A stretch of DNA of 64,000 nucleotides from an uncultured delta proteobacterium. GTDB lineage: Bacteria; Desulfobacterota; Desulfobacteria; Desulfobacterales; SG8-13. The DNA lies in contig CAWKCK010000002.1 of assembly GCA_963848135.1 (NCBI GenBank), positions 1-64,000 on the forward strand. Reading direction: 5' to 3'. Below, piece after piece: positions 42,858 through 53,781 of the stretch. Numbering within the stretch: the stretch's first letter is position 1; every line of letters starts with the position of its first letter. The translations under genes were made by a program, and so were the position numbers. The notes under the pieces are model-generated. The model ran no database searches. It was given only the letters and a program-made list of their open reading frames with translations, and had not been told where the DNA came from.

Positions 42858-43079
42858 TCAGACGCTGTTTTTCAAGAATTTGGCGATTTTGAGTTTTGCC
42901 AGCGGGGCGCTGGACCATTTGCTGATTCGGATCCAACCGGTGCGCCGTTCCTTAATTTCCCTGCGATCACCCGAAGTGCGCCGGTCTTCTCCTCTGAAGA
43001 AAAACCGCTTTAACTGAAAGATTCGTCGTCTGTCTTTCCCTGAGCGCCTTTCAACGAATGCCCGATCGATTCTATTCAT
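42858..43079 (-). CDS. 73-aa Arg-rich protein with repeated (E/D)RR motifs
   Basis: RBS GGAGG; ERRSGKDRR, FRGEDRRTSGDRR and ERR. Confidence 0.75.
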   Translation of the reverse strand: MNRIDRAFVERRSGKDRRRIFQLKRFFFRGEDRRTSGDRREIKERRTGWIRISKWSSAPLAKLKIAKFLKNSV

Positions 43080-43351
43080 GTCAGGCCTCCTGCGGATATT
43101 GATGAGAACCTCGTAACACAGTGTTCCATGCAATTACCATACAAGTTAAGTCCTGCCCGAACGAATGCAAGTAACTCTTTGAAACTAAATAAGAATATAT
43201 TGAGCCGGCATCGAATACCATCGGCGTTTGTGGCATAGGCTACCCAATATATGGAAAATATAAGTAATACTTAGCGCTTGTTTTCGAGAACATGTGGCTT
43301 CGTCGAAGAGCGCCTGTCAGTGTGTGAAAATGATGGTTTGAATATTACCGA

Positions 43352-44224
43352 TTAGCGGGCGACAGCCTGACTGATCAGTCCCATAGACTCTAATTCGAGC
43401 GCTTGTTGCTCAGCCTGTGTTTTACGCGTGTAGGCGCCCACGAAGAGGCGAAAAACATTATCCGTATCCTCGAGAACATAGGGAAACAGCCCGAGCACCG
43501 TCAGACGTTCCTGTTCAGCGCGTGTTTGATCCCCGGAGGTATACTCACCGATCAGATTGGCAAAAGGGGTTTTCTTGGCAATGGCATCCGATAGTCCGAG
43601 GTCCTTTTTGGCCGCCAGAGTCTCATCCAGCGTTGCATATTGGCCCGTGTATACCCGCCACCAGGTGCCGCCGTCGCCATATAGGGTCACCTTGACAAGG
43701 TAGACGTCCAGGCCTTTTTTCTTGAAGCCGGCCAGAGAATGTTGCGCACTTTCAACCGCCCGGCAGCTGCACAGCTGCAGTGAATAGGGCAGGGGCGGTG
43801 GAGGCGCTACGGGAACGGCGATTTCTTGAACAGAGGCTGTTTGTTGCATTTTGGGTACGTTATACTCAGGTGTAACTGCAGCAACGACTTGCGGTTCCTT
43901 GGAGGGAACAACCGGATTTTCAGTCTTCGCCTCAATAATGACCGTTTCTGGAGTTGACTTGGTGTCGGTCTCGGTTACGGCGGATGGAGGAGTTAAGGGC
44001 GGTTTTGGCCGAAATAGACCTGTTTCTTCGATTTTTTTCCAGATGACCATCGGCTGGATACCGGCGGCAACGACTATCGCACGGTTACTATTAAAACTGC
44101 GCAGTGGATTCAACAGGTCGGAAATACCCTTGAGGCCGATATGCCGCGCACCGATAATGAGAACAAGAGCCAAGACCACACCCGCGAACAGAAATATTTG
44201 TTTGATCGCTTTGTTTTTATCCAT
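43352..44224 (-). CDS. SPOR-domain membrane protein (two SPOR repeats)
   Basis: N-terminal TM, Pro/Thr-rich linker, YSLQLCS...WWRVYTGQY and FRLFVGAY. Confidence 0.85.
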   Translation of the reverse strand: MDKNKAIKQIFLFAGVVLALVLIIGARHIGLKGISDLLNPLRSFNSNRAIVVAAGIQPMVIWKKIEETGLFRPKPPLTPPSAVTETDTKSTPETVIIEAKTENPVVPSKEPQVVAAVTPEYNVPKMQQTASVQEIAVPVAPPPPLPYSLQLCSCRAVESAQHSLAGFKKKGLDVYLVKVTLYGDGGTWWRVYTGQYATLDETLAAKKDLGLSDAIAKKTPFANLIGEYTSGDQTRAEQERLTVLGLFPYVLEDTDNVFRLFVGAYTRKTQAEQQALELESMGLISQAVAR

Positions 44225-44415
44225 ATGCTCTCCTTTTCGTTGATGCGACCGGCCAAGTAGGCCTTTTTCTAATCTCACTCCCGAAATTGCACAACCTCTA
44301 TTCAGGGGCTCCTGAAAAAAAGGACGCCGTATGCTGAAATTTTCAGGGAGGAAACGAATTCTGGAAGTTTGTTACAAATTAAAAGCATCTTCCGATGATT
44401 TTTGCAATCCCAAAT

Positions 44416-44558
44416 AGTTTCCGTCCAGAAATGGCCCTTTCCCGCAATTTCGGTGTCAACCATCGAAATCGATTGTGCGGCATACAGGAGTATGCCTCCG
44501 CTCGATTCCTTGGTTTCCTTGAACTTGCAGAAAATGGCTCATTTCTGAATCGGAAACT
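44416..44558 (+). mobile_element. MITE family A, 143 bp
   Basis: AGTTTCCGTCCAGAAATG ... CATTTCTGAATCGGAAACT. Confidence 0.88.
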
Positions 44559-44701
44559 TTGCCATTTAGTACCCTTTTTTTCATAAACAGAGTATTCACT
44601 GGGTTCCGGCTGCGGCGCACAGAACGTGCGCCTCGCCGTAACCCTTTGTGCGGCCCTGCTCAGCGGAAAATATCCTCACTTATGCATAAGGACACATGGC
44701 G

Positions 44702-44786
44702 GTTTCCGTCCAGAAATGGCCCTTTCCCGCAATTTCGGTGTCAACCATCGAAATCGATTGTGCGGCATACAGGAGTAAGCCTCCGT
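44702..44786 (+). mobile_element. MITE family A, partial (left about 85 bp)
   Basis: Near-identical to the first 85 bp of the 44416 copy. Confidence 0.85.
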
Positions 44787-44872
44787 TTGATACCTTTTTG
44801 AGCGATGAGAGGGTTTGCGTTGATTTTGGCTTGGAAAGCTTTTACAGTGAAAAACACTTTACCCTTTCTTAT

Positions 44873-45081
44873 ACCCAAATTGAGCGATTTTCAAGTTTGC
44901 CGCAGGTACAAGGAAAATGTCGTTCCGCTATAGTGAACTATGCGGGACGTCATTTGATGCCGTAGATGCGGTGAAATTGGAAATCCCGGAGGATTTTATA
45001 TTTTCGAAATTCTGATGGGCAGAATGCCTTATTTTATTGTTTATTTTCATATTTCGAAAATATGAAACGCTCGACTTGGGT
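44873..45081 (+). mobile_element. MITE family B, 209 bp, TSD TAT
   Basis: ACCCAAATTGAGCG ... CGCTCGACTTGGGT flanked by TAT on both sides. Confidence 0.88.
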
Positions 45082-45116
45082 TATATTTATTTACACACCT
45101 TACGGGAGAACAATAT

Positions 45117-46067
45117 ATGGAAGACCGCATCAAGATCGGAATCAGCCAATGCTTGCTGGGTGAAAATGTCAGGTGGAACGGGGGCCATTCACGGAGCCGG
45201 TTTATCACCGACACCCTGTCTCGTTATGTCGATTTCGTACCAGTTTGTCCGGAAGTGGAAGCCGGATTCCCTGTCCCACGGGAGACATTCAGGCTGGTCG
45301 GCGATATCGAAAGTCCGCGTCTGATCACCTCGAAAAACAAGGTCGATCATACCGCGCACATGCTCCAGTGGGCCGCTCAGCGGGTCGAAATGCTGGAAAA
45401 GGAGGATCTTTGCGGCTTCATCTTCAAGAAAGATTCCCCCAACAGCGGCCTGTTCCGCGTGAAAGTATACAATGAGAAAGGGATGCCGGAAAAAAAGGGG
45501 GTTGGTCTGTTTGCCAGAGCCTTTACAGAGCGGTTTCCCCGTATACCGGTTGAAGAAGATGGGCGTCTGAACGATCCGCTGCTCAGAGAAAATTTTATCG
45601 AACAAATATTTACCCTCAAAAGGTGGCGTGAATCGCTGGAAAAAAAGAAAAGTGTGGGCGATTTGGTCGATTTTCATACGCGTCAAAAACTGCTGATCCT
45701 CTCCCACAGCACGACGCATTACCGGGCAATGGGAAAACTGGTCGCCGAAGGCAAATCGCTGCCACTGGACACGCTTTACGACCACTATGAACTTCAATTG
45801 ATTGAATCGCTACGGTTGAAACCAACCGTCAAAAAAAATGCCAATGTCCTTCAACATCTGTTGGGATATTTCAAAAAAGAACTGTCTGCCGATGAAAAAC
45901 AGGAAGTGCTTGAAATCATCGACCGTTATCGGGAGGAGATCGTGCCCCTGATCGTACCGATCACACTGATAAACCACTATGTGCGCAAGTACCAGCAGCC
46001 GTATCTGCTGCAACAGGTATACCTGAATCCGCACCCGCTCGAGCTGAAACTACGCAATCACGCCTGA
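45117..46067 (+). CDS. ybgA: DUF523 + DUF1722 protein (YbgA family)
   Basis: GISQCLLGENVRWNGGH, VCPEVE, EEDGRLND and YLNPHP. Confidence 0.92.
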   Translation: MEDRIKIGISQCLLGENVRWNGGHSRSRFITDTLSRYVDFVPVCPEVEAGFPVPRETFRLVGDIESPRLITSKNKVDHTAHMLQWAAQRVEMLEKEDLCGFIFKKDSPNSGLFRVKVYNEKGMPEKKGVGLFARAFTERFPRIPVEEDGRLNDPLLRENFIEQIFTLKRWRESLEKKKSVGDLVDFHTRQKLLILSHSTTHYRAMGKLVAEGKSLPLDTLYDHYELQLIESLRLKPTVKKNANVLQHLLGYFKKELSADEKQEVLEIIDRYREEIVPLIVPITLINHYVRKYQQPYLLQQVYLNPHPLELKLRNHA

Positions 46068-46254
46068 ATTTTTAATTTCGTATCGCTGGTTATGCCGGTT
46101 ATCAAGGCGTTAACTTTTACCGAATTCCATACGGAGAGTCACGCGCACCAATCGCATTGGACACCGCCGCGTATCGAACGCCCAGGTGCACGAGTGAATA
46201 GGGCGGATGATATGGTATCGAATCGGGCAAAAAATAGTGAGAGGCCGTAATTCA

Positions 46255-47660
46255 ATGACACACTCGAAACCCTCACCCTCCATCGAGGCGACCAGAATCC
46301 AGGTGTTGAATCAGAAAAAAATGGCCACCGGCGATTATGTTCTCTACTGGATGCAGCAGTCCCAGAGGGCCGAGGAAAACCATGCCCTCGAATATGCCGT
46401 CGAACTGGCCAATCACCTCGACCTTCCCCTGTTGGTGGTATTCGGATTGACGGATACCTATCCCGAGGCCAATCTGCGGCATTACCGATTCATGCTCGAA
46501 GGGCTCAGAGAAACATTCTGGCGTTGGCGGAGCGGGGGATTAAGATGGTTGTGCGCCGGGGTGAGGTACCGGAGGTGGCGCTGGCAACCGGACGAAACGC
46601 GGCCGTTATTGTCTGTGACCGCGGTTATCTGCGACACCAGAGAAGCTGGCGCCGGCAAGTGGCCCGGAAAGCCGCCTGCCGGGTGGTTCAGGTGGAAAGT
46701 GATGTGATTATCCCCGTGGAGGTGGTCAGCAACAAAGCCGAGTATGCCGCCCGGACCATCCGGCCGAAGATCCACCGGGAATTGGATGCCTATCTGACTA
46801 TTTTTCAGCGTACTCCAACTCCATTGCACAAAAGATCTTTAGAATTTAAGGTTGACGGTTTAGACCTCGAAGATATCGATGCCCTGTTGGCCCGGATGGA
46901 TCTCGATGGCAGCGCCCGGCCGGTGAGCCGTTTTTTCAAAGGTGGCACACGCCAGGCAAAAAAACGGTTCAAGGCATTTGTTGCCCATGGATTGAAGACG
47001 TACAGCGCCCATTCCAATCAGCCCCAGACGGATGACATATCTCACATGAGCCCCTACCTCCATTTCGGGCAGATATCGCCGTTATATCTTGCCCGGACAG
47101 TAAAGGCCGCCGCCAAATCGTCGCTGGATCAAAATGAAATTGATGCCTTCCTCGAGCAGATGATCGTCCGCCGTGAGCTGGCGATGAATTTTGTCCAGTT
47201 CACACCCGACTACGACAGCTATACCTGTATTCCCGGCTGGGCCAGGCAAACATTGGACGAGCACAGAAATGATCGACGCCCTCACCGTTACGCGCTCAGG
47301 CAACTTGAAGCGGCCGATACCCACGACCGCTATTGGAATGCGGCCATGCGCGAGATGAAGAACACCGGGTTCATGCACAATTACATGCGCATGTATTGGG
47401 GCAAGAAGATCCTCGAATGGAGCCGTACTCCTGAGCAGGCCTTCAAATCCACCCTGGCGCTCAACAATAAATACTTTCTCGATGGACGTGACCCGAATTC
47501 TTACACAGGTGTGGCCTGGATTTACGGCATTCACGACCGGGCCTGGCAGGAACGGCCGATATTCGGCAAGGTACGCTATATGGCTGCAACGGGACTCGAA
47601 AGAAAATGCGATATAGAGGCCTATGTAAAAAAAGTTGAAAAAACAGACGGAAAAGTTTAG
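46255..47660 (+). CDS. phr: Class II CPD photolyase; one frameshift near 46520
   Basis: [45 protein letters not shown] and LDGRDPNSY. Confidence 0.92.
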
Positions 47661-47746
47661 GGATGAAAAGGGTTGCAACGCGGGCCGATCAGGCTGTAGG
47701 TAAAAACGTGGGATTCGCGAGACAAGATGACGGGAGGGGAAGATCA

Positions 47747-49084
47747 ATGACGGGAATGAGAGCGTTTTCCGGCGGAGTGATGCCCGGTCTCGCCAAACCG
47801 ACGACCCTCGACCATTTAGCCCGTCGCGTTTTTCTCGGTGTTATATCCAAGTTTCGGCTGGGGCGCCTCAATTTGGTGGAGGGCCATAAACGCCGTACTG
47901 TCGGTTGCCGGACCACTGCTTGCCCCATTGAAGCCACCATTTTTATCAAGACCCCTCGATTCTACAGACATGTACTTTCAGCCGGCAGCGCCGGAGTCGG
48001 TGACGCCTTTGCTCGCGGCCTCTGGTCGACCGACAACCTCACCGATGCGCTCAGGATCGTCCTGTTGAACCGGATGGTTTTCGCACAGACCCACCGCGAA
48101 TGGCAACGATACGCGTCACCGGCCCGCAGACTGCTCAACCTCACTCGCCAGACAGCAGATCAAAACAAAAATCATTGTTCTCCGGTATCACAGGAGCCGG
48201 GCGACACATTTTACTCCCTTTTCCTCGATGACAGCCTGAGTCATTCCTGCGGTATTTTCAGACGGCCGGACACTCCTCTCGCAGAGGCCAATTCGGCCGC
48301 TTACGAGCGGATTTGCCGCAAACTGCGACTGCAGAAAGACGATTCTGTGGTGGAGATCGGCAGTGCCTGGGGCGGCTTCGCAATCCATGCGGCTGCCCGT
48401 TACGGTTGTCGAATTGTCGCTGCTGTAGAATCAGACAATCAGGTTCAACCGACGCGACAGCGGGTGCAGGCCGCCGGTGTTGCCGACCGGGTCCAAATTG
48501 TTCCCAAGGACTTTCGACGGGTAAACGGTCGGTTCGACAAACTGGTCGCTATCGAGGCGATCGCATCCATCGACCGCCGGTATCGGGATGTCTTTTTCCA
48601 GGTGTGTAATCAACTGCTCAAAGATGACGGTATCATGGCGTTGCAAACGGTTACCCGATCCAATCACACGTGTGATCGCGGCTCCCCGGCTATCGACGCG
48701 GCCGGGCCCTTCATCCAGCCGAGTGGCTGCTTACCATCTTTGACCACTATCAGCCGGACACTGGACCGGTGTACCGATTTACGCCTCGTTCATCTGGAGG
48801 ACATTTCGCCCCATTATGCTGTGACCATGCGTCGCTGGCGCGAGCGCTTTTATGCCAATGTCGACCGGGCGCGCGACCTTGGAATTTCAGAACAATTTCT
48901 CCGGCGCTGGGCGTTTTATCTGTGCTACGGCGAAGCGGGATTTGCCGAGCGCCAACTCGGGAGCGCACAAATGATATTTGCCAAGTCGCTGTCGCGTCAC
49001 AACCCAATTCTGCCCCCCTTGGCCAGTAAGTTCGGTGTTATTCTGCAAAAAAGAAAGGAGAACACCGAGAACTGGCTCTCCTGA
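47747..49084 (+). CDS. Cyclopropane-fatty-acyl-phospholipid synthase-like methyltransferase with divergent motifs
   Basis: Overall Cfa layout (LFLDDSLSHSCGIF, EIGSAWGGFA, HYAVTMRRWRERF, RRWAFYLCYGEAGF). Confidence 0.82.
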   Translation: MTGMRAFSGGVMPGLAKPTTLDHLARRVFLGVISKFRLGRLNLVEGHKRRTVGCRTTACPIEATIFIKTPRFYRHVLSAGSAGVGDAFARGLWSTDNLTDALRIVLLNRMVFAQTHREWQRYASPARRLLNLTRQTADQNKNHCSPVSQEPGDTFYSLFLDDSLSHSCGIFRRPDTPLAEANSAAYERICRKLRLQKDDSVVEIGSAWGGFAIHAAARYGCRIVAAVESDNQVQPTRQRVQAAGVADRVQIVPKDFRRVNGRFDKLVAIEAIASIDRRYRDVFFQVCNQLLKDDGIMALQTVTRSNHTCDRGSPAIDAAGPFIQPSGCLPSLTTISRTLDRCTDLRLVHLEDISPHYAVTMRRWRERFYANVDRARDLGISEQFLRRWAFYLCYGEAGFAERQLGSAQMIFAKSLSRHNPILPPLASKFGVILQKRKENTENWLS

Positions 49085-49132
49085 AGCGTATTCGTTGACA
49101 GGTGTTGGAGAATAAGGCGGCGAGAGGGTAAT

Positions 49133-49208
49133 TGGCAGGCCAGGAGGGATTCGAACCCCCAACACCCGGATTTGGAGTCCGGTGCTCTGCCATTAGAGCT
49201 ACTGGCCT
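49133..49208 (-). tRNA. trnW: tRNA-Trp (CCA)
   Basis: AGGCCAGTAGCTCTAATGGCAGAGCACCGGACTCCAAATCCGGGTGTTGGGGGTTCGAATCCCTCCTGGCCTGCCA; cloverleaf with encoded CCA. Confidence 0.97.
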
Positions 49209-49671
49209 GCATTGAACCATCGACAATGAACGCGTGGCGGTGCGAGAGCAACGGCAGCGGCCGTTGGTTGCCGGGACGTGCATTATGGGATGCTATTTAT
49301 ACCTCCGGTAAACGATTATGACAAGGCCTAACCCGTACGATTCATAAATTTTTTCTCAAGAGGGCGAAAGGTACGTGCCTTTTTATCGGTTTGGCGGCTG
49401 GGTCAAGACCGAAGATCAAATAGTTTGCGTTACACATTTCACACCTATCGAAGCATTTCCACCATAAAGGTCTATGCCGACGTGATCCGTGTGAAACGAG
49501 ATGTAAAAGCTTGGCTTTTCTCTCAGGCTGATAAAATAACGCGCCTTTCCCAGGGGTTGTGAAATAAAGGATATAAAATTCAAACCTTTACTTCACACAA
49601 AATCTCTGCCGGTCACGACGTTAATTGATGTATATAGCTGAAATGTTAACTAAATGTAAATTTGGCATAGC

Positions 49672-49687
49672 TGGCATGTTTCATGCT
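49672..49687 (+). promoter_or_regulatory. Putative sigma54 (-24/-12) promoter
   Basis: TGGCATGTTTCATGCT with GG-N10-GC spacing, upstream of the 66-aa ORF. Confidence 0.55.
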
Positions 49688-49741
49688 TCGCAGTATATTA
49701 GTAAACCGTGTATAACACCATGATTAAAAGAGAGTCATACG

Positions 49742-49942
49742 ATGGATTCAAAGAAGCTTGAATGCCGGCAATGCCACCAGACAGAAGTTCTCAGGCGAGA
49801 CACACAAACGGGTATGTGGGAATTGATGGTGGGATATGCCTCCATCAGCAATTCTTCCTGGCAATATCTTGAAGAAACATGGCTGGATATCAACCATCAG
49901 GGCTGCCAGGATAGACCACAAGCGCGCCTGTTAAGAGCATAA
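49742..49942 (+). CDS. Small hypothetical protein with CxxCH near the N-terminus
   Basis: 66 aa, purine-rich upstream sequence, follows the putative sigma54 site. Confidence 0.45.
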   Translation: MDSKKLECRQCHQTEVLRRDTQTGMWELMVGYASISNSSWQYLEETWLDINHQGCQDRPQARLLRA

Positions 49943-50094
49943 ATTTTACCGGTTCATTTCAGACTTTCAGCCACAGACGAAGAATCGGGTCTCGTCCAAT
50001 CGGTGTGAATTACAGGTGTCGCTAATTCATATCGTCACATCTTGAGGTTCGGGCGACTCCCCAGCGAGACGGCTCAAACGGACTGTTTAAAACC

Positions 50095-50128
50095 CAAACG
50101 GCAGGACTCATACCGATCCTGCCGTTTG
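50095..50128. terminator. Hairpin, likely terminator
   Basis: Perfect 12-bp stem CAAACGGCAGGA / TCCTGCCGTTTG between convergent units. Confidence 0.65.
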
Positions 50129-50206
50129 CCATTTGCGCGTGCCTTTTTCTATGGGAGCTCTCAAATCAGATGTTCCGTTATACGAACATATTTTTCAGCA
50201 ACCTTT

Positions 50207-50348
50207 ATCCAAAATTGAGCGTTTTATATTTTCGAAATTCCGATGGGCAGAATTTCCTTATAAATAAAGCAGTTCCCCCTCCATTTAATATTTGAAACGC
50301 TCACTTTAGGTTTTTATATTTCGAAAATATGAAACGCTAAATCTAGGT
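50207..50348 (+). mobile_element. MITE family B, mosaic copy with two right ends
   Basis: ATCCAAAATTGAGCG ... CGCTCACTTTAGGT (ends 50311, TTT flanks), then a second end CGCTAAATCTAGGT (50348). Confidence 0.8.
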
Positions 50349-50443
50349 TTATATCACCCTTCCGCGGTTCGTAATTTATTCTTGATAAGCGTTATGAAAA
50401 TCATCAGTGTGGGGCGCACGCAATATTTCCCACCGGCTGCATT

Positions 50444-51154
50444 TTAATGCGAGGGCTGCTCGGTTATCAGCATGGTGGACGGATCGAGAAATAGTCCGCC
50501 GTTATCACTCAAAATATCCTTAGATTTAAGTACATTAATGTGGACAACCTTACCTTTTGGATTAAGGCATAGGATGACATTGAAGAGGTCTTCGGTATCT
50601 GCCAGTTGCGATGGAATTCCGCTTTCCTTCGGTGGGTCTTGCCGATGGGTCCGCACTGTAAACCAGGCATGACATCCACGCCGATGCGCCAGATCCTTTA
50701 ACTCGGTCAGGGGCATGCGCACATTATCATCGAAGGGCAGGCCGTCGATGATAATCATGTGGGGTGTAAAAATATTCTGCTCAATCAGATCCGTCAGGCG
50801 TTCGTCAAGTTTCGGAGCACTGAAGCCTTCGACGCGAAAAGTCATAATAAAACGGTGGGGCAGCAGTGTTTCCCAGAGTTCATTGGCTTGTTTGACGTTG
50901 TATTGTTTGGCAATGTGGCTGAAGACCTCGCTATACCAGAGGTTGACCTTGTGCACTGGATCATCGAGGCTGATATGCAGAACGTTGCGCCCTTTGAGCA
51001 AAGAATTTAGCGACACCTGGACCAACAAGGCGGTCTTGCCCACACCGGCGCGGGCAAGGACGGCGCCGAAACCGCCTGCAGGCAGGCTGGCCTCATTTGC
51101 GTCAGTCTGCATGAACCGCAGAGGATTGCGCAAGATCAGGTCGTTTTTAAGCAT
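50444..51154 (-). CDS. RecA/KaiC-like P-loop ATPase-fold protein
   Basis: ARAGVGKT Walker A, VLHISL and IIIDG; RBS before the ATG at 51154. Confidence 0.85.
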   Translation of the reverse strand: MLKNDLILRNPLRFMQTDANEASLPAGGFGAVLARAGVGKTALLVQVSLNSLLKGRNVLHISLDDPVHKVNLWYSEVFSHIAKQYNVKQANELWETLLPHRFIMTFRVEGFSAPKLDERLTDLIEQNIFTPHMIIIDGLPFDDNVRMPLTELKDLAHRRGCHAWFTVRTHRQDPPKESGIPSQLADTEDLFNVILCLNPKGKVVHINVLKSKDILSDNGGLFLDPSTMLITEQPSH

Positions 51155-51508
51155 GTTCAGGTTCCTTTCCTTTAGATACACGACCCGCTGTGAAGCCGGT
51201 AGTGCTTGAGCGGCGGCCAGTCCAGCGGAACTGGTGTCCAGAGCGCTGTTATTCAGACGGAATATACCGGCGTAATTGCTGTAGTCCGGGCAGGCGGTAT
51301 TGAAATCCCGCGTTTCGGCTGACGATATCTGTTTGTCCAGGTCTTTGATTCGGTTTCCCATCGGCCCTTTCAGTTTCCGAGGCAACACGATCGAATTGCA
51401 AAAGGTTGCCTCATGGCTGCTCGAATCTTCGCATTTCAGGCATTTTACCCGGATATTTTTTTTAAAAGATCTGTTTGCGTGATATTCACGGGTTGATCCG
51501 CGAATTTG

Positions 51509-53593
51509 TCAGGCCACCCTTTTCTTGTTTTCCTCCGCTTTTTTGGCGAGTTCCTCGGTGATCGACTGCGGTACCTGTTTGTAGGCGGCAAACTCCATGG
51601 TAAATTGCGCCTTTCCCTGGGTGAGAGATCGCAGGACTGTCGAATAGCCGAACATTTCCGCCAGGGGCACCTGGGATTCGATGACACACATGACGCCCTC
51701 GTCCTGCGAACCGAGGATCATACCACGGCGCTGGTTCAACGATCCCATGACCGCTCCCTGAAATTCCGTCGGCGATTCCACCACAACTTTCATGATCGGC
51801 TCATGGATTACCGGTTTGGCCTTAGGGTAGGTTTCCATAAAAGCACCGCGGGCGGCTGCGGAAAAAGCCATTTCGGAAGAGTCGACCGAGTGAGAAGCCC
51901 CATCGTTCAAAACAACACGGATACCGGTGACAGGAAACTCCATCTTGGGTCCCTTCTGCAGGCACGCGCGAAAACCCTTTTCGCAGGACGGAATATACTG
52001 GGTCGGTATGGAACCGCCGGTCACCTGATTGTCGAAGATAAACTCTTCGTCTTCGATAGGCTCGATATAACCGGCCACGCGACCGTATTGACCGGCGCCG
52101 CCGGTTTGTTTCTTATGGGTATAGTTGAAATCAGCCCGGGTGGTGATGGTTTCTCGATAGGCCACCTGGGGTCGTCCGGTTTCCACCATTGCATTGTATT
52201 CGCGGCGCATGCGCTCAACATAAACTTCCAGGTGCAGTTCCCCCATCCCTTCGATGATCGTTTCTTTGGTTTCCTCGTTGACGTAGGTCCGGAACGTTGG
52301 ATCTTCTTTGGTGAAACGGTTCAAGGCTTTTGACATGTTGATCTGGGCCTTGTTGTCTTTAGGCACGATGGCCAGCGATATGACCGGTTTGGGGATATAC
52401 ATGGACGTCATGCTCAGGTTGAGGCCGGGGCTGACAAAAGTGTCGCCGCTGGCGCAGTCGATCCCGAATAACGCACCGATATACCCGGCCGCGATTTCGG
52501 CAATATCCTCCATCTGATCGGCGTGCATCCGCACCAGACGTCCGATTTTTATTTTTCGTCCTGTACGAACGTTTATAACCGTTGCGCCTTTGGCCAATGT
52601 ACCCTGATAAACCCGCATGTAAGAGAGTTGGCCGTATTGACCGTCTTCGAGTTTGAAAGCCAGGGCCACCAGCGGTGCTTTCGGATCCGATGACAGGACT
52701 ACCGGCGTTTCGCCGTTTTCCATATCCAGGGCCTGGTTGTTGACGTCGGCAGGGTAGGGCAGGTAACGGGCTACGGCATCCAGGAGGGGTTGGACGCCCT
52801 TGTTTTTATAGGCTGATCCCATGAAGACCGGAGTCATTTCACGAGCTATGGTGCCTTTGCGCACGGCATCAATCAGAAGGGCTGCGGTAACTTTTTCCTC
52901 GATGGCCGCCTCTGTCAGTTCGTCGGAAAACATTGAGGCGGCATCGATCAGTTCCTCCCGCTTTTCCTGGGCAAGGGCCAGTAGGTCATCGGGAATTTCC
53001 TCTTCGCGGACCTCTTCGCCGCTGGCGCCATCGAAATAGAGGGCTTTCATGTTGACCAGGTCCACCACACCTTTTAGGTCCGCTTCGAGGCCGATGGGGA
53101 TCTGCATCGCCACAGGATTGTGACCGAGTTTCTCCCGCAGCTGTTTGATCACCCTCTCGGGATTGGAACCGCTGCGATCGCATTTGTTGATGAAGGCTAT
53201 GAAGGGAACGTTATAGCGTTTCATTTGCTGATCAACAGTGATCGACTGCGATTGAACGCCACCGACAGCGCACAGAACGAGAATAGCGCCGTCGAGCACC
53301 CTCAGAGATCGTTCCACCTCGATGGTGAAATCAACATGTCCTGGCGTATCGATGATATTGATCTCATGGCCTTTCCATTGGCAGAAGGTGGCGGCCGATG
53401 CGATGGTGATACCTCTTTCACGCTCCAATTCCATTGAATCCATCGTCGCGCCCACGCCGTCCTTTCCCTTTACATCGTGAATGGCGTGAATTCGATTGGT
53501 GTAAAAGAGAATTCTTTCCGTCAGCGTGGTTTTGCCTGAATCGATGTGCGCACTGATGCCGATATTTCTCACGCTTTCCTGGGTGTTGATCAT
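51509..53593 (-). CDS. fusA: Elongation factor G, spdEFG1/mtEFG1-like paralog outside the str operon
   Basis: [40 protein letters not shown] and GMGELHL; 694 aa. Confidence 0.97.
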   Translation of the reverse strand: MINTQESVRNIGISAHIDSGKTTLTERILFYTNRIHAIHDVKGKDGVGATMDSMELERERGITIASAATFCQWKGHEINIIDTPGHVDFTIEVERSLRVLDGAILVLCAVGGVQSQSITVDQQMKRYNVPFIAFINKCDRSGSNPERVIKQLREKLGHNPVAMQIPIGLEADLKGVVDLVNMKALYFDGASGEEVREEEIPDDLLALAQEKREELIDAASMFSDELTEAAIEEKVTAALLIDAVRKGTIAREMTPVFMGSAYKNKGVQPLLDAVARYLPYPADVNNQALDMENGETPVVLSSDPKAPLVALAFKLEDGQYGQLSYMRVYQGTLAKGATVINVRTGRKIKIGRLVRMHADQMEDIAEIAAGYIGALFGIDCASGDTFVSPGLNLSMTSMYIPKPVISLAIVPKDNKAQINMSKALNRFTKEDPTFRTYVNEETKETIIEGMGELHLEVYVERMRREYNAMVETGRPQVAYRETITTRADFNYTHKKQTGGAGQYGRVAGYIEPIEDEEFIFDNQVTGGSIPTQYIPSCEKGFRACLQKGPKMEFPVTGIRVVLNDGASHSVDSSEMAFSAAARGAFMETYPKAKPVIHEPIMKVVVESPTEFQGAVMGSLNQRRGMILGSQDEGVMCVIESQVPLAEMFGYSTVLRSLTQGKAQFTMEFAAYKQVPQSITEELAKKAEENKKRVA

Positions 53594-53781
53594 GACGATT
53601 CCTCTCGATATTGTCTGTGCAGTTGCCGCCAGAAAACAAAAAATCTTTCATTCGCATGAGGCTGCCAGACGAAGGATTTTCCTTTATCTGTCCGATTTCC
53701 TGAAGTCCAACGACTGAAATTAGGAAAACGGCATTTATTATGTATTATTTCGACAATGTCAAGAATAAAACGAGGAACACG

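Noticed and set aside
49133..49208. tRNA-Trp as an island integration site
   Set aside because: No duplicated tRNA 3' end or integrase was seen in the window.
51155..51388. N-terminal extension of the ATPase ORF
   Set aside because: A strong RBS precedes the ATG at 51154 and the extension has no recognisable features.
51506..52333. Long antisense ORFs (also 1828..2391, 32883..33602, 47082..47747, 54723..55475)
   Set aside because: They are shadows of well-supported genes on the opposite strand and have no recognisable motifs.
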